A stretch of 63,138 nucleotides of DNA, counting the filler, from Neoconidiobolus thromboides FSU 785 (Eukaryota > Fungi > Entomophthoromycota), in assembly GCA_025603075.1 (NCBI GenBank). It is 9 parts of 9 records of this genome, joined end to end, with 100 filler letters (N's around TTAATTAATTAA, not from the genome) between each part and the next. Parts side by side here need not be neighbours in the genome. Positions count along the whole stretch, not along the records: positions 28,736 to 41,512 come from MU626626.1; positions 41,613 to 45,567 come from MU626797.1; positions 45,668 to 52,127 come from MU626731.1; 6 more parts are not named here. One strand, 5' to 3'. The notes beneath the pieces were generated by a model, which saw only the letters and a list, made by a program, of their open reading frames with translations, was not told where the DNA came from and did no database searches. Shown in pieces: positions 34,048 through 47,258 of this stretch. Positions within the stretch are counted from its first letter, which is position 1; the number at the start of each line of letters is the position of its first letter. Position numbers and translations under genes: made by a program.

Positions 34048-36691
34048 ATGACAAGTATATCAAGTTCTCGTCAAGGGGATGAATTGAATGGTAATGCAAG
34101 TGATTCTTCTAGAGACCAAATTATTGGCACTGCAACCCCTTCAAATGCCGAGAAAAAAAATGTAGATGTAATGCCACGTCGATCAGCAGGTGCTTATATA
34201 CCTCCAGCAAGGCTCAGACTAATGCAGCAGCAACAGTTAAAATCTGAAGCTCCAGATTCCGAGGTTGTTCAACGTATTAGTTGGGAGGCTTTGAAAAAGA
34301 GTATCAATGGTTTAATAAATAAGGTAGTTAACATACAAATCCAAATGATTTAATTTTTACGTTAATTAGGTAAATAGTGCAAATATAAGAGCAATTATTC
34401 CTGAGTTGTTCAGTGAAGACTTGATCAGAGGAAAAGGTTTGTTTTGTAAATCATTAATGAAAGCACAATCTTTTTCGATACCATTTACTCCAGTATACGC
34501 TGCAGTTGTATCAGTAGTAAATTCTAGGATGCCTATGGTAGGTGAATTATTGATCAAAAGAATCATTTATCAATTTAGAAGAGCTTATAACAGAAATGAT
34601 AGAGCCCCCTGTTTATCATTATTGACCCTCTTAGCTCATCTCACTAATCAAGGTGTGGTAACTGAGATTTTATGTTCACAAATTATTATTTTATTGTTAG
34701 AACGTCCAACCTCTGACTCGGTTGAACTGGCTGTTGGATTATTGAGAGAATGTGGTCAATACCTAACTGAAATTAATCCTAAAATTGTAAATTTGTGTTT
34801 TGATCGTTTTCGTAGTATCTTGCATCAAGGTGAGGTAGATAAGCGAGTACAGTATATGATTGAGGTTCTCTTCCAAGTACGAAAGGATAAATTTAAAGAC
34901 AACCCAGCCATACCAGAAGATTTGGATTTAGTTGAAGAAGATAATAAAATCTCTCACATGATCTCATTAGATGAAGAAGACATCGATCCAGAAGAATTAT
35001 TAAATGTTTTTACTTTTGATCCAGATTATTTAGAACACCAAGAAGCTTTCCAAAGCGCAAAAGCGGAAATTCTTGGATCGGACGATGAAGAAGAAAGTGG
35101 GTCTGGTAGCGAAGAAGAAAGTGACAGTGAAGAACAAGAGGTAGCACAGAAGGGGGTGGATATCATAGATAAAACTGGTACAAATTTAGTTAATCTTAGA
35201 AGAACAATATATCTCACGGTGATGTCAAGTTTGGATTATGAAGAATGTGCGCATAAGCTTTTGAAGATGAATATCGCTCCCGAGGATGAAGTTGAATTAT
35301 GTTCAATGATCGTAGAATGTTGTTCTCAAGAAAGAACATACACTAAATTTTTCGGCAATCTAGGAGAAAGATTTTGTAAAATAAATCGCAAGTGGGCTGA
35401 GCATTTTGAACATGTATTCCAAGATATTTATGAAACCATTCATCGCTATGAAACTAATAAGCTTAGATCTATAGCTAAGTTCTTTTCTCATTTATTTTCT
35501 AATGATGGTATTCCTATGCCAGCCTTAGGTATTATATCCTTAACTGAAGATACTACTACTGCTTCCTCTCGTATTTTTGTGAAAATCTTGTTTCAGGAAT
35601 TGGTAGGATCATTTGGTCTTTCTACTTTAAATAAGAAACTGAAGGACCCTGCTTTGTTTCCTGCAATCCAGGAGGGGCTATTCCCCATGGATAATCCTAA
35701 AAACACAAGATTTGCTATCAATTATTATACTTCTATTGGTTTAGGTGAACTTACCGAAGAACTCCGCGATCATTTACAAAAAGTCATAGCTGATGCTGCC
35801 GCTGCACGCGCGCTTAAGCAGGCAGATAGTAGTGATAGCAGTGACTCAGAATCAGATTCTGATTCAAGCTCTGACTCTGACTCTGACTCTGATTCAAGCT
35901 CAGCAAGCTCAATTCCAAGCAACCGAAAACAGGTTAGAAGAGATCAGTCAGTTACTCCTCCAAGAAATAGATACCTGTCCAGAGATATACAAAGAAGAGA
36001 TTCGTTCAATGGACGTTCGCCACGCAGAAACTTCAATAGAAAATCACCAATTAGAGCAATGAATCGTGTGGCGGGAAGATATAACCCAAGCCGAAGCCCT
36101 AGTCCACGTGACAGAAGAAGTTTAAGGCGTCCAGTATCGCCTATCAGAAGATCTATCTCAAGATCAATATCTCGCTCAAAAAGCCCAATCATGCGTAGAC
36201 AAAGGCGTTCAGTATCAAGATCCATTTCACCAAGAAACAAGTCATTAAGTAAACAAGGAAAATCACGTTCTCCAGTTAGAAGAGAACCACGTGGTAGGCC
36301 TGTTTCTAGATCACCTAATTTGAGGGCTAGACGTGATGCAAGAGAAGTCTCTCAGTCCCCTATTCGAAGAAACAATTATAGGGGTAGACAAGTATCAAGA
36401 TCACCTTCAGTTGATGAAATTAGAGGAAGGGCTAACGAAATGAGTATTTCTCCAAGAAACAGTAATAGAAAGAATTCGCTTCCAGTATCTCCTCCAAGAA
36501 ATAGGGCTAGAGGTAGATCTATTTCTCGTTCAATTTCACCTCCCGTAAGAAGACAAAGGTCTCCTGCGTATAGAGGTAGAAATGACTATCGTCCAAGCCC
36601 GGAAAGAAGAGATAGTAGACAAGGACGTAGTACATCTAGGTCATCACCCAGAAGACCATATCGTAGTTCTCCTCGCAGAAGAAACTATTAA
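34048..36691 (+). CDS. CWC22: Pre-mRNA splicing factor Cwc22 (MIF4G + MA3 + RS-rich tail), 865 aa, 2 exons (34048-34323, 34370-36691)
   Basis: [103 protein letters not shown]. Confidence 0.96.
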
Positions 36692-36869
36692 TTTTTTTTG
36701 ACTTTATAAAATAATAAAAATTCTTTATTAGCTAGGTTTCCATTGTTATATTTTATAATTTTAAAAAAAGTGAAACATTTTGAATCGTTATTAGTGCTAT
36801 TATTATTTATACTATACTAAAAACACTAAAAAGTAAAATTATTCATCAAGAAAACAATCAATGATTTTA

Positions 36870-37655
36870 TTAAAAGATCCATTTATAAACAGAATAACTT
36901 AAAGCAGCGATAGCCCCAGAAGGAATAAGCAACCAAAGCAAAGTTTTAAATTTTGAATGATTAATCCTTTTGATAAGTTGATCAATCTGTTTAAATGATT
37001 CTTCTAAATCTCCAGAATTATCAACAATAAAATTTGATAGCTTAATTTTATCATCTAATTTCATTTGGGAATCAATACGCTTATTAGCTTCTTCTAGAGT
37101 GATATTATCTCTAGACATTAATCTATTAAGTTGAATCTTAACTGGGCTAAACAATAAGAAAATAGTCATATAAATCCAAAACTGATTACCAATAAATTAA
37201 CACATTCCCACTAGTGAACTTATAAATACTAGATTCGAAAAGCAAAGGAACATCTAAAATAATTAAACTGTAGCCACTTAAATAACATTTAAGAATCTCC
37301 CAACCCATCATAAATCGGATAATAGGATGAAGTATAGAGTTTAACTTCAGTCTTTTTTTCTCATTGTTAAAAATGATTTCTCCCAACTTTTTCCTATTAA
37401 GTGTTAAATCTGGATTCAAAATATCATCTCCTTCCTCTGGTCTATGAAATTCTTTTACTATTTTCTTATAGCCATAACTTCCTACTAATACCGCTTCTCT
37501 TGCTAATTTATCTGCGTCTACAATATAGTATCCTTTGTTTAATAAGTAACTAGATATACTACTTTTCCCTATTTCTAAAATTAATTTCCTGTTTATTGTT
37601 ATGACATTATATCCTTACCACTAGCAATCCCTCCGCTTAAACCTAAAATATACAT
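36870..37655 (-). CDS. CAB5: Dephospho-CoA kinase (Cab5/DCAKD), 230 aa, 3 exons (37655-37619, 37568-37190, 37146-36870)
   Basis: ILGLSGGIASGKS P-loop, IVDADKLAR, LNRKKLGEIIF, ILDVPLLFES, QLNRLMSRD, and a C-terminal hydrophobic anchor. Confidence 0.93.
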
Positions 37656-38178
37656 ATTGAACTTCAATATACACTTTATAAATTTTTATTCAAATTTTTG
37701 AAAAATAACTAAAATGACCAAAAAAGAGCAGTGAAGGGAAAAATTCGATCAACAAAATCAGTCTCACCAAAAAGATCATGATCTATTTGGTGGGCAAATA
37801 TAAAGATAAGAACTATCAACTATCTAAGAGTAATTGATAAAAAATACAACCATTTAATATTATTGTGACCAGTGAAAAGGTCAATAGGAAAGTGGTGAGT
37901 ATTTAGAATTTTCTTACAAAATGTGCTATCAAATTCATCAATAGTTGAAATAAACAAGAAATCAGCTGCATTATTGGAAGCTCTGTAAGTTTGAGAGTGT
38001 AACAGAGATAGTAGAAGCAAAACCGTTATTAATGAGCTTAGGTACATTGTGAAAAAATTAACGAAGTTTATTTGAAGATGGACTTAAAAAAATCAAATGA
38101 AGAGTCATAACACAGTTGAAAAGATGTTTACTAGTACTCAAAGCCACAAAAGTTCATCCAAATATTTAAAGATCATAT

Positions 38179-38274
38179 GGGGATGTACTTTTGTGTTTAG
38201 GAATTTTACCAACGATTTTTCCGCTTGAACAGCGCTTAAAAATGAAAAACAATGAAGTCAGAAAAAACACTCCT
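38179..38274 (-). mobile_element. MITE family A copy
   Basis: TSD ATAT/ATAT. Confidence 0.88.
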
Positions 38275-38605
38275 ATATCTTGAGATTGTGAAGGATAATA
38301 ACTACCATACCCCCAATTAATAATTGCAATAAACCCACCTTTTTCAATTACTACTGATTTGCAATTTAAATAATTATGAGACAATATTTTATGTCTAAAA
38401 GATGTATTTTTAAGCTTATAAAGTATTTTTTACCAAGCCCAGTATTAATGAGTTTCTGGGATGCTCAAATTCGTTGCTTATGAGCTTTAGAGTTATTATG
38501 TCTTTATAGATTTGTATAAATTGGCCCATTAATTCTGTTTTATGCCTTTTTTCTTTCAATATTGGAATATCAAGCTTTATATTTCTCAAGGGTATACCAA
38601 TATAT

Positions 38606-38699
38606 AGAGATGTTTTTTCTGACTTATTATTTCTCCATCTTTAAGCGCTATTTAGGTGGAAAATTGTTAGTAAATTCTTAAATACAAAAATACATCCCT
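38606..38699 (+). mobile_element. MITE family A copy
   Basis: TSD ATAT/ATAT. Confidence 0.88.
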
Positions 38700-39244
38700 A
38701 TATGGTGAATATTTGTATTCTTCAAGGTCGAATAAATGTATTGCATGATACTTTTTAATATATTCTTTAAATATGTTCACGTGAATTTTATCTATATTAT
38801 CATTTCATCTAGATTTATGACTTTTTACTATATATTTCATGTTCCTCCTTTGGTATTCAAATATTTTTGTATAATTATATATATAAATAGCATTAGTCCT
38901 AGGAGTTTTCAATTAGTTCTACCACTATAAAAAAGAAGTGTATTCATTTTTCGATGTTTTTTGAATCAGTTTTGCTTTAGTTATAAGTTGTTTTCAAAAT
39001 GTTTTTAATCAATGATTTAAATAAACATAAAGCAAGTGCAACATTATATCAAGTAAAAACTATTAATGAATAATAAACACTGTGATACATTTTATTTTTT
39101 TATTAAAAAATTAAGTCGTTAATTTGATCAAAAAAGCAAAGAATACTGATACAAATTGTAAAAGTCAAGCCAAGTCAAAAGTATCATTTGTACAAAACAA
39201 ATTAATTATTTATAATTTAATTGCTTCTGAAGATTTATATACGA

Positions 39245-39316
39245 TTCTTCATGGTCCAGTGGTTAGGATTTTCCGCTTTCACCGGAACGGCCGGGGTTCG
39301 ATTCCCCGTGAGGAAG
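39245..39316 (+). tRNA. tRNA-Glu (anticodon TTC)
   Basis: Acceptor TTCTTCA/TGAGGAA, D-arm TGGTCCAGTGGTTAGGAT, anticodon stem TTCCG/CGGAA with loop CT-TTC-AC, T-arm CGGGG-TTCGATT-CCCCG. Confidence 0.95.
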
Positions 39317-40063
39317 TCATCATTAACGATTTAATGAAATCATATTTTTACATAAAAATTATCCACAGCTGATATTTTTTTAGTGTTGATTATCCATAAG
39401 CTACATTTATTATTTTGAATTTTCATGTATATTATAAACTTTTGTAATATCTTAGTCTATATTGTAAACCACCTTAATAAAAATCAATTTTAATTATTGT
39501 TTAATTGTATTAAAAATTAATGTTTTTAAACTAATGTATAAATAAAGCCTTGTAATATCTGTTATATATGAAAATTCAAGTAATTAAATGAACTTAAACT
39601 TGTCTAAAATTTATTAACTTAAATGAGAGATGATTGAAATCAAGTAGATATCTATATTATTTATTATAGAGCCTAGAATACTACAATATGGATAATAATA
39701 GCTTACAATTAGAAAAGTTTTGTTTTCAAACTTGAGTAACTCAGGAGTATACGAGAAGTAGCATGGTATACTAAACCCAACCTCAAGTATTTTTCTATCG
39801 GTTAATTTAGTATTTGTATTAATAAAGAGATCAATTGGACAGCCACTATTTATAATTTTTACAGCAACCAAGTCTTTATATGTTGATAAAAAAGTAACTC
39901 TAATAAGCTCTTTGTTTTTAAATGTTAAAAGCCTAATTATAAATCTAAGACATCACAAAATAAACTCCATGCTATTATTTTGTCGATTTCTTTATATTAA
40001 CTCTTTATTTACAGCCATAGATTTACCTTAGGATTTTTAAGCTCATCTATAGATTTAGCAAAT

Positions 40064-40161
40064 GGGGATGTTTTTCTTGATTTCATTACTTTTTCCATCT
40101 TTTAAGCATTATTTGAATGGAAAGATTGTTAGCAAATTCTTAAACAAAAAAATACATTCCC
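40064..40161 (+). mobile_element. MITE family A copy
   Basis: TSD AAAT/AAAT. Confidence 0.88.
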
Positions 40162-40315
40162 AAATTTTGTTTTATCATGATAGAAATGATTTTTATATCT
40201 TAAAATTACAGAAAAATCGGTTATCAAAGCATTATTCTCACTATTCACTTCAAGATGATAGTTCTTATCACTATAAATATATAGATAAAACATTACACTT
40301 TTACCTTGTATAATA

Positions 40316-40779
40316 TGTGAAACATCGCTTTGTCAGTCCCATGGTTAATTATAACATAACAATCGCCTAAGCTGTTGTGTTCTCGAGTTCAGAGAAAATC
40401 AATCCCACGTTCTTAGTTTAATTTGTTATGAGAATTCCTATCTTCGCCTCAAAGAATATTCTCCCCTCGTTTTGATATTTATACTTATCGGAGTATAAAA
40501 GAGATTCTAAAACATAATAGCTCAAGGCTTTTTAACTGAATTATTCCCTGATATCTCGAACATTTAATAAAGTCACTAAGTTTTCTTAATAGTATTTTAC
40601 GTAGATTTTACATTAATATTGTCTATTCTATTTGTCTTATATAGTTTGTAACCTATTACGTGCTATTCCTCATAATCCAAGTCTATCTTAGTCACACAAA
40701 GCAAGACCTTTTGACTTATAGTGTAGTCAACCCAGCAATAGGTGTTCTTGACTCCAAACCCTGAGTACTAGATTCCACA
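40316..40779 (+). mobile_element. Solo-LTR-like element family B, copy 2 (464 bp)
   Basis: TGTG...CACA ends; TATAAAA at 40494 and AATAAA at 40566; flanks AATA/AGTA (4-bp TSD with 1 mismatch). Confidence 0.85.
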
Positions 40780-41246
40780 AGTAGAACTATCATAATCAAT
40801 AGAAACACCTTTAGAACCCTTTTATCTTTCCTGTAATTATTTGTAACTCATAATTTCAACTGAATTCTTAACAAAAAAGCACCTGAACTATGATCTAATG
40901 AATTTTCTTCTATATCACAAAAGCTTGATAAAGGTAAACTATTTGTTTCCATAAAATCAATTAAGTACTCTATAGATTCATAGGGTCATAATTATTCAAA
41001 TTTAACAAATACCACGTATTATTAGCGATAACTAAAAATCAACTTTAAAACTATTAACCTTATTTATTTACAAAAAAAATATTTTTGTTTTTTTAATAGA
41101 AATAACAGTAATTGTATTTTTTTCTAACTAATTCAACTTGGGGTTATCTATATAAAAGTTATATTTTATTGGTCAATGGTCAATTTAGTAAATTACACAG
41201 TAAAAAAGTAGAAGTTACTATTAAAAGTTGACTTCCACATACTATT

Positions 41247-41512
41247 TGTGAAATCTGGTACTCAGGGTTTGGAGTCAAGAACACCTATTGCTGGGTTGAC
41301 TACACTATAAGTCAAAAGGTCTTGCTTTGTGTGACTAAGATAGACTTGGATTATGAGGAATAGCACGTAATAGGTTACAAACTATATAAGACAAATAGAA
41401 TAGACAATATTAATGTAAAATCTACGTAAAATACTATTAAGAAAACTTAGTGACTTTATTAAATGTTCGAGATATCAGGGAATAATTCAGTTAAAAAGCC
41501 TTGAGCTATTAT
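41247..41512 (-). mobile_element. Solo-LTR-like element family B, copy 3 (3' half; truncated by gap)
   Basis: Reverse complement of about 40514-40779, with differences seen only near the terminus. Confidence 0.85.
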
Positions 41513-41793
41513 NNNNNNNNNNNNNNNNNNNNNNNNNNNNNNNNNNNNNNNNNNNNTTAATTAATTAANNNNNNNNNNNNNNNNNNNNNNNNNNNNNNNN
41601 NNNNNNNNNNNNATATAATTAGGAAGATTAGCTATTTAAGAAAAGGAAACAATTAAAATAAGTTTTAAATAGAGACATTTAATTTTAGGCTTTTTAGATT
41701 TAACCGTCACATTAAAAGGTACAAAAATTTAAAAATTTAAAAATTAAATTAATCTCTAAGTAGATTCTGAAATCAATTAGGACAGCCCCATAT

Positions 41794-41890
41794 GGTGGTG
41801 TTTTTTTGATTTCATTTTTTTTCCATTTTTCAAGCGCTACTTGAGTGGAAAGGTTGTTAGTAGAATTCTTAAACATGGAAAAACATCCCC
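41794..41890 (+). mobile_element. MITE family A copy
   Basis: TSD ATAT/ATAT. Confidence 0.88.
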
Positions 41891-43086
41891 ATATTGTAAG
41901 CTGAATCAAAGTTAAATATAGCTCTTTATTTAAAACCTATAGTAATTGAAGTACTGTTTTTTTAAATTTTTATTAGTTTGAGGCTATTATTATAAAATAA
42001 ATTAATTATAAATGAATAAATTATTTATGATCAAATATTTTAAGCATTGTAAAATTTTAAAATTTAAATATATATATATATTTTAAATGCTAATAGTATA
42101 AAAATATAATTTATTTGTTTTTTAGCTTTGGTAGTTTTTTATAAATTTTTTAAATACAACTACTTTGTTAAAACTAAAGTATTTCTTAACTTTTGTTCAT
42201 AAATAAAATATGACTTATATGGTTTGTTTGTTTAAATATTCACTAATAATTTTCTCACTTAAATAGCACCTAAAAATTAAAAAACCAATAAGATTAAAAA
42301 TATAAAGAATATTTTTTAAATTGATATAGGATTTATTTTATATGTTTTTTAAATTAAGTAAAATATTATAATAGTTCATTAATAAACATTTAGTTGAAAA
42401 AGTAATATCTTATGTTGTTTGTATACATAATTTAAAGAATACTAGTTAATATATTTAAAATAATACAAATAAAAGCTGATAAGCTTATTGAATACAACCA
42501 GAATCCAGCTTAAAAAAATAGTTTGAAAACACTTATTAACTAAATTCTATATAATTTTTTAATGACTTTAATAAATTAAAGTTAACTTATATGAACTTAT
42601 AATCAAATATTAAAAACGGTAATTAAGCTTACGTAAGAAATATCAATTATAATAATAAATCTATTTAATAATATAATTAATTGTTTCAGAATTTTTAATA
42701 ATTGCATTTATTTCGTAAATCAATCAATCAACTATAAAAATAATTTAATTAAAATTGATCACAAAATTTTTGAAACTAGCATTATAAAAGCCATATATAG
42801 AAAATGTATTTTTGTTTAAAAATTTTACTGATAGCTATTCCATTCAAATAATGCTCAAAAGAAATGGAGAAAAAGTAAATGAAATTAAATTTATGATAAA
42901 GAAATATTAAAAAAAACTTAATACACCTCTTTTTTTTTCTCTTTCAACAATAATAGCTTTAGAAAACCAAAAAAATGATGAGATTATAAAAAATACTCTT
43001 ATATTATAAAAAGCTTTTTATTCATATTAAATTTTAAAATATATTCTGCAATTAGTCAATAAAAGTAATAATCAATTATATATGTT

Positions 43087-43191
43087 AGAGATGTTTTTTT
43101 GGCTTTGATCACTTTCTCTATCTTTTAAGCGCCTGTGGTTTGAGTGAAAAAATTGTTAGTAAAATTCTTAAATACAAAAAGACATCTTCTC
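43087..43191 (+). mobile_element. MITE family A copy (small internal insertion)
   Basis: AGAGATGT...GACATCTTCTC. Confidence 0.8.
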
Positions 43192-44444
43192 ATATGCTGT
43201 ATACTATTTAAAGGTTCCCAAAAGCTCCTTTGATATACGTTTATTAGATTGGGATTATAAACAAGCTATTCAATTTTCAAAAATATTAATATTATCAATA
43301 ATATATTATTTAAATCTTATGTCTAGTATTAGTCATAATTTTTTAATTTTCATTTCGATTTTTTATCAACACACATTTTTAATACTTTATTAAAACCCAC
43401 ATTTCTGAATTATGCCATATAATCATAATATCCTCCCTATAGCTCTATAGCTATGAATATAGAGGCTCCACAAATGGGCATTTATTTTTATAAAAGTTGC
43501 ATTTGAGGTAAAATTTAATAAGTAAATTTATCCAGTCTAAAATAAAAATGGTATGATAGGATAGCTCAAACCTAGAAATTAAATTGCAAACTAGAAATAA
43601 AAACCATTTTTGTATTAGATCATAAAATAGAGCTAATATTACTAAATAATCTTTTTGAAATAACTAATTTTTTATATGTCAATATTTAAAAATCAATTTT
43701 AAAAGTTAAGAAGTTTTTATCAAAATCTTTATCATAAAAGTAATTTCAACATAATTTTTTAAAAACCTACACAATTAGGATCTTTTTAAGGTATTATAGC
43801 ATTAGCTTTAAATCTTTTTTCTCTACCATTTTTAAACTTAATAGACATTTTAAAATAGTTTAGATTTCACAATATACTTGAAAATACTTTAGACAACACT
43901 TTACTAGTAACCCGGATATATAACAATTTTTATTAGTATTGATTTAAACAAATAGTATCAAAAAACTTCCAGGTTTTCATTAGTGTTAGTAATAAAATAA
44001 ACTTTATTTTTATAAATAAATATCTAGTTATTGGCTGAAGCTTTTGACACAGCTTTTTGATCTTGTTTTTTTAAATATATAAATGGAGAGTTGTTGGCCC
44101 ATTAATTTTTACTTTGGTCTGATGTTTCATACTAATTATCATATTTTATATATAGTCTAGCTAAGGATATGTTATTTAAGGTGAAGCAAGTGTTATATAG
44201 CTAAGCTTTTTGAATTTATCGTTTTATACAATCATAGGCATAAACTATAATATTTTGAAATTTATTATTCTATTACATGATTGTTTTTTGTACCTTAACT
44301 TACATTAACATTAGTATATCTAAACAAGTCTTAGTAATTGTTATTCAAAAATACAACTTGGGCTAGCATAGCTAATTATTAACTTTAAATTTACAAAAAA
44401 ATACTCAATTTTAATTTTTTTAAAATTTTTATTGTCAATGAAAT

Positions 44445-45090
44445 AATGATGTTGCTCTCCCATTCGCTAACAAAGCTTAGGATTATTAATTTTATAATTA
44501 TGAACATTTTCTAATAAACAAGAAGCTTGTGTAAAAGCTATAAGTTTTTATATAAAGCTTTGTTAATCCTAAACTTTGGGGAAATTAGTAACTTGACTTT
44601 ATCAGTTCCGATTCCAAGTCCTAACTCAAATACGTTGATTGTAAAAGGTTTAAAACAAATCAATCAAATAGATGATTCTATGATGTACAAAGCTTTTAAT
44701 CCCTTTGTTTATTTGACTTTAAACTTTAAAATTTACCTTTTAACTTTTGGTTGTCAAATTTATCATTTAAATTTTATATCAATGTCACGGGTGCAATTGA
44801 CTGACTCTGTTTCAAGAATTAATCATATCCAGAACTTCGCCCCTATAAGTATACAAAATATCAAATTTTATTATACAAAGCGATATTTTTTACAATATAT
44901 ATAATGAAAATCAGCTAACTTTTAACTTTTAGAGAGGTTTTTTTATAGCTATTTTGTATTTATAGATACTTCTTTTATAAAACAAAGTAATTCTAAAATT
45001 AATACAACTTTAAATATCTATTTTAAGAATGGTAGAGGCTATCAAAATTTATCAAGACTTTATTTAACACAATGTTTGTATAGATTTAGA
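44445..45090 (+). pseudogene. Probable decayed LRR/FNIP-like gene fragment
   Basis: 125-codon open frame without ATG (44527-44904) in very AT-rich DNA; LSHSLTKLRII and ISNLTLSV / P.SIQNIKF-type patterns. Weak. Confidence 0.3.
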
Positions 45091-45667
45091 AATTTTTTAA
45101 AATAGATTTAAGTTGTTTATTTATAAATCATACTAAATAAAATTTCCTTGACAAAGAGATTATAATTGTGTCAATATATAAGAATGGAGGATTTTGTAAA
45201 CTAATATGAGTTATTTACGTATTTGTGTTTTTTGCTATCTAAATGTTTTTAAATATTATTAAGTAGTGAATTTTAATATGGGACTTAAAAGCTAAATTTA
45301 CATAAAACAGGGGTTGATTTGAAAAAATATGAATTATTTATTTACATTTTATATTTTACTAGTCAAAAATTGTTTTCAAAACTTCATAACTATGAATTTT
45401 ACCAAAAGAGGTAGCTTTAAATATTAAATTTAATATCGCAAGCCCAACTAGAGATTCAGAAGCGTTACTCTCAAATGCATAATCGTTTGGATCAGTTGAG
45501 CAACAAAACTTTGTTCCAAATTTTGGTATTTTTAATTGAATAACCAGTGATTCGATTTAAATGCAGTNNNNNNNNNNNNNNNNNNNNNNNNNNNNNNNNN
45601 NNNNNNNNNNNTTAATTAATTAANNNNNNNNNNNNNNNNNNNNNNNNNNNNNNNNNNNNNNNNNNNN

Positions 45668-46330
45668 AACTAAAATCACAATTGTCAGTAAATAAACCAT
45701 ACAAATAATCATAAGTAGGTTGTTTGCATAAAAGTTAAACATTCTAGCATATTGTTCATCATTAGTGGCAATAAAGCACTTATTAATCTCACTATATCCA
45801 AACAATCCCATTCCTAAATAAAATGAATTAATATGAATATATGGATATTAAGATATGATTATACCAAGTGGCGGAATAGTAATTAACAAAGTAAGTAAAA
45901 TAGACCCAATCCAATAGCACGCTTCAATTTTCCATGTTACATTAATACCATGTATGAAAATTAACTGCAAGTTGATTCCAATACAAACATTTAGGAAGCA
46001 ATAGTATAATGGAAGAGCCACACCATGGTAACCAACAAATGTACAAAAGGGCGATTCTTTATAATTAAATCGACTAAGCCATAATGGGATAGAATGAAGC
46101 CAAATATCATAACATGAAATAGCAGTCTGTAGTCTAAGAGTTACTCGATCAACCAGCTTACGGTCATATATTGCTATTTATTTTTAATATATTTCAATAA
46201 AACTTATACTATACCTACATATTAATATCATTATCAATACAAGTAATGAGGCTGCAACAAGTGAAATCTTTGTTAACACTGGATAAATCTCTTTTCTTGT
46301 TACACTATGTATATACTCAACTGTACCCAT
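45668..46330 (-). CDS. 7TM receptor (cAMP-receptor/Git3-like GPCR family) A; exons 46330-46219, 46173-45865, 45813-gap; probable last codons at 45532-45567
   Basis: MGTVEY...TM1...DRKLVDRVTLRLQ..ISCYDIW...FCTFVGY...CFLNVCIGINLQLIFIHG...YWIGSILL...IPPLGMGLFGY. In-frame GT-AG introns. Confidence 0.8.
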
Positions 46331-46952
46331 ACCGTCCAATCAATTTAAAATTTATTACACTAAACTGAATTTTGGAAATTTAATTGCACTACTGATATAT
46401 TTATACTTTTTTTGTTAAGCCACTTTTTCATATATTCTTGCTTCAAACAGGTATATGAAATATTAATTTTATGTTAAACAGTTTAACAGCTCTAAATGAA
46501 ATATGCAGTTTCCTTTATGATGATATATTTTAGCAGAAATTGTATCCCTTATACTCACATTCTTATCTTATAGGCTCATAAAATTATAGAAGTCCGATTT
46601 ATTTTATTGTATGTATTTAATAAAAGCTTGTTATCATTTTATTTTACTTTAAACTACTAGTAAAATATAAATATTAACATATATCTGTATTCACTAGAAT
46701 CTATATCAAAATAACCTTTAAACCAATAACATAGTACTATATGAAAACAGTTTCTCGGACCTATACCTAAGTAGTTAAATCCTGATGATATGAATAATAT
46801 TCGATAAACTTGTTTATGAAATTAGAACATTATAAAAGTCATGTTTTGAATTCCCAAGTTTTGTTTTTATCACCTGTTTCTCTATTTATTAAACATACGT
46901 CTAATACCTATGCTATAATGTTTTTGAATATACCACAATATTTGTAAGATTG

Positions 46953-46984
46953 TGACCTAAAATATATGACCTAAAATATATGAC
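46953..46984. repeat. Tandem duplication of a 14-bp unit (TGACCTAAAATATA x2 + TGAC)
   Basis: Read directly. Confidence 0.7.
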
Positions 46985-47016
46985 TCTTTCAATAACATGA
47001 TAAAAAACTTTAGATA

Positions 47017-47099
47017 TATAACTCTATTAAAAATAAATGAGACTGATTTGTTAGGCAGCTTTTAGTAAATCAATCTCATTTATTTTGAGTATAGTTATA
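47017..47099. repeat. 83-bp fold-back: 33-bp inverted arms (29/33 match) with a 17-nt loop
   Basis: TATAACTCTATTAAAAATAAATGAGACTGATTT versus reverse complement of AAATCAATCTCATTTATTTTGAGTATAGTTATA. Confidence 0.75.
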
Positions 47100-47157
47100 A
47101 TGCTGTATAAAATTAAGAAAAATTTATCTGTATACAGTTCTAAATATGGCTTTAATA

Positions 47158-47258
47158 CGACGATGTTTTTTTTGGTTTCATTACTTTTTCATTTTTTTTA
47201 AGCGCTATTTGAATGGAAATATTGTCAGCAAAATTCTTAAACAAGAAAATACATCCCC
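47158..47258 (+). mobile_element. MITE family A copy
   Basis: Left TIR eroded; right end ACATCCCC. Confidence 0.82.

Noticed and set aside
37700-38100. 75-aa ORF (37820-38047) or an RNase P/MRP/snoRNA-like gene upstream of CAB5
   Set aside because: Signal-peptide-like start but no recognisable domain. Partial GGGAAA..TTCG and GAAAAGGTC motifs lack a complementary P4 partner; not supportable without RNA-seq or Infernal.
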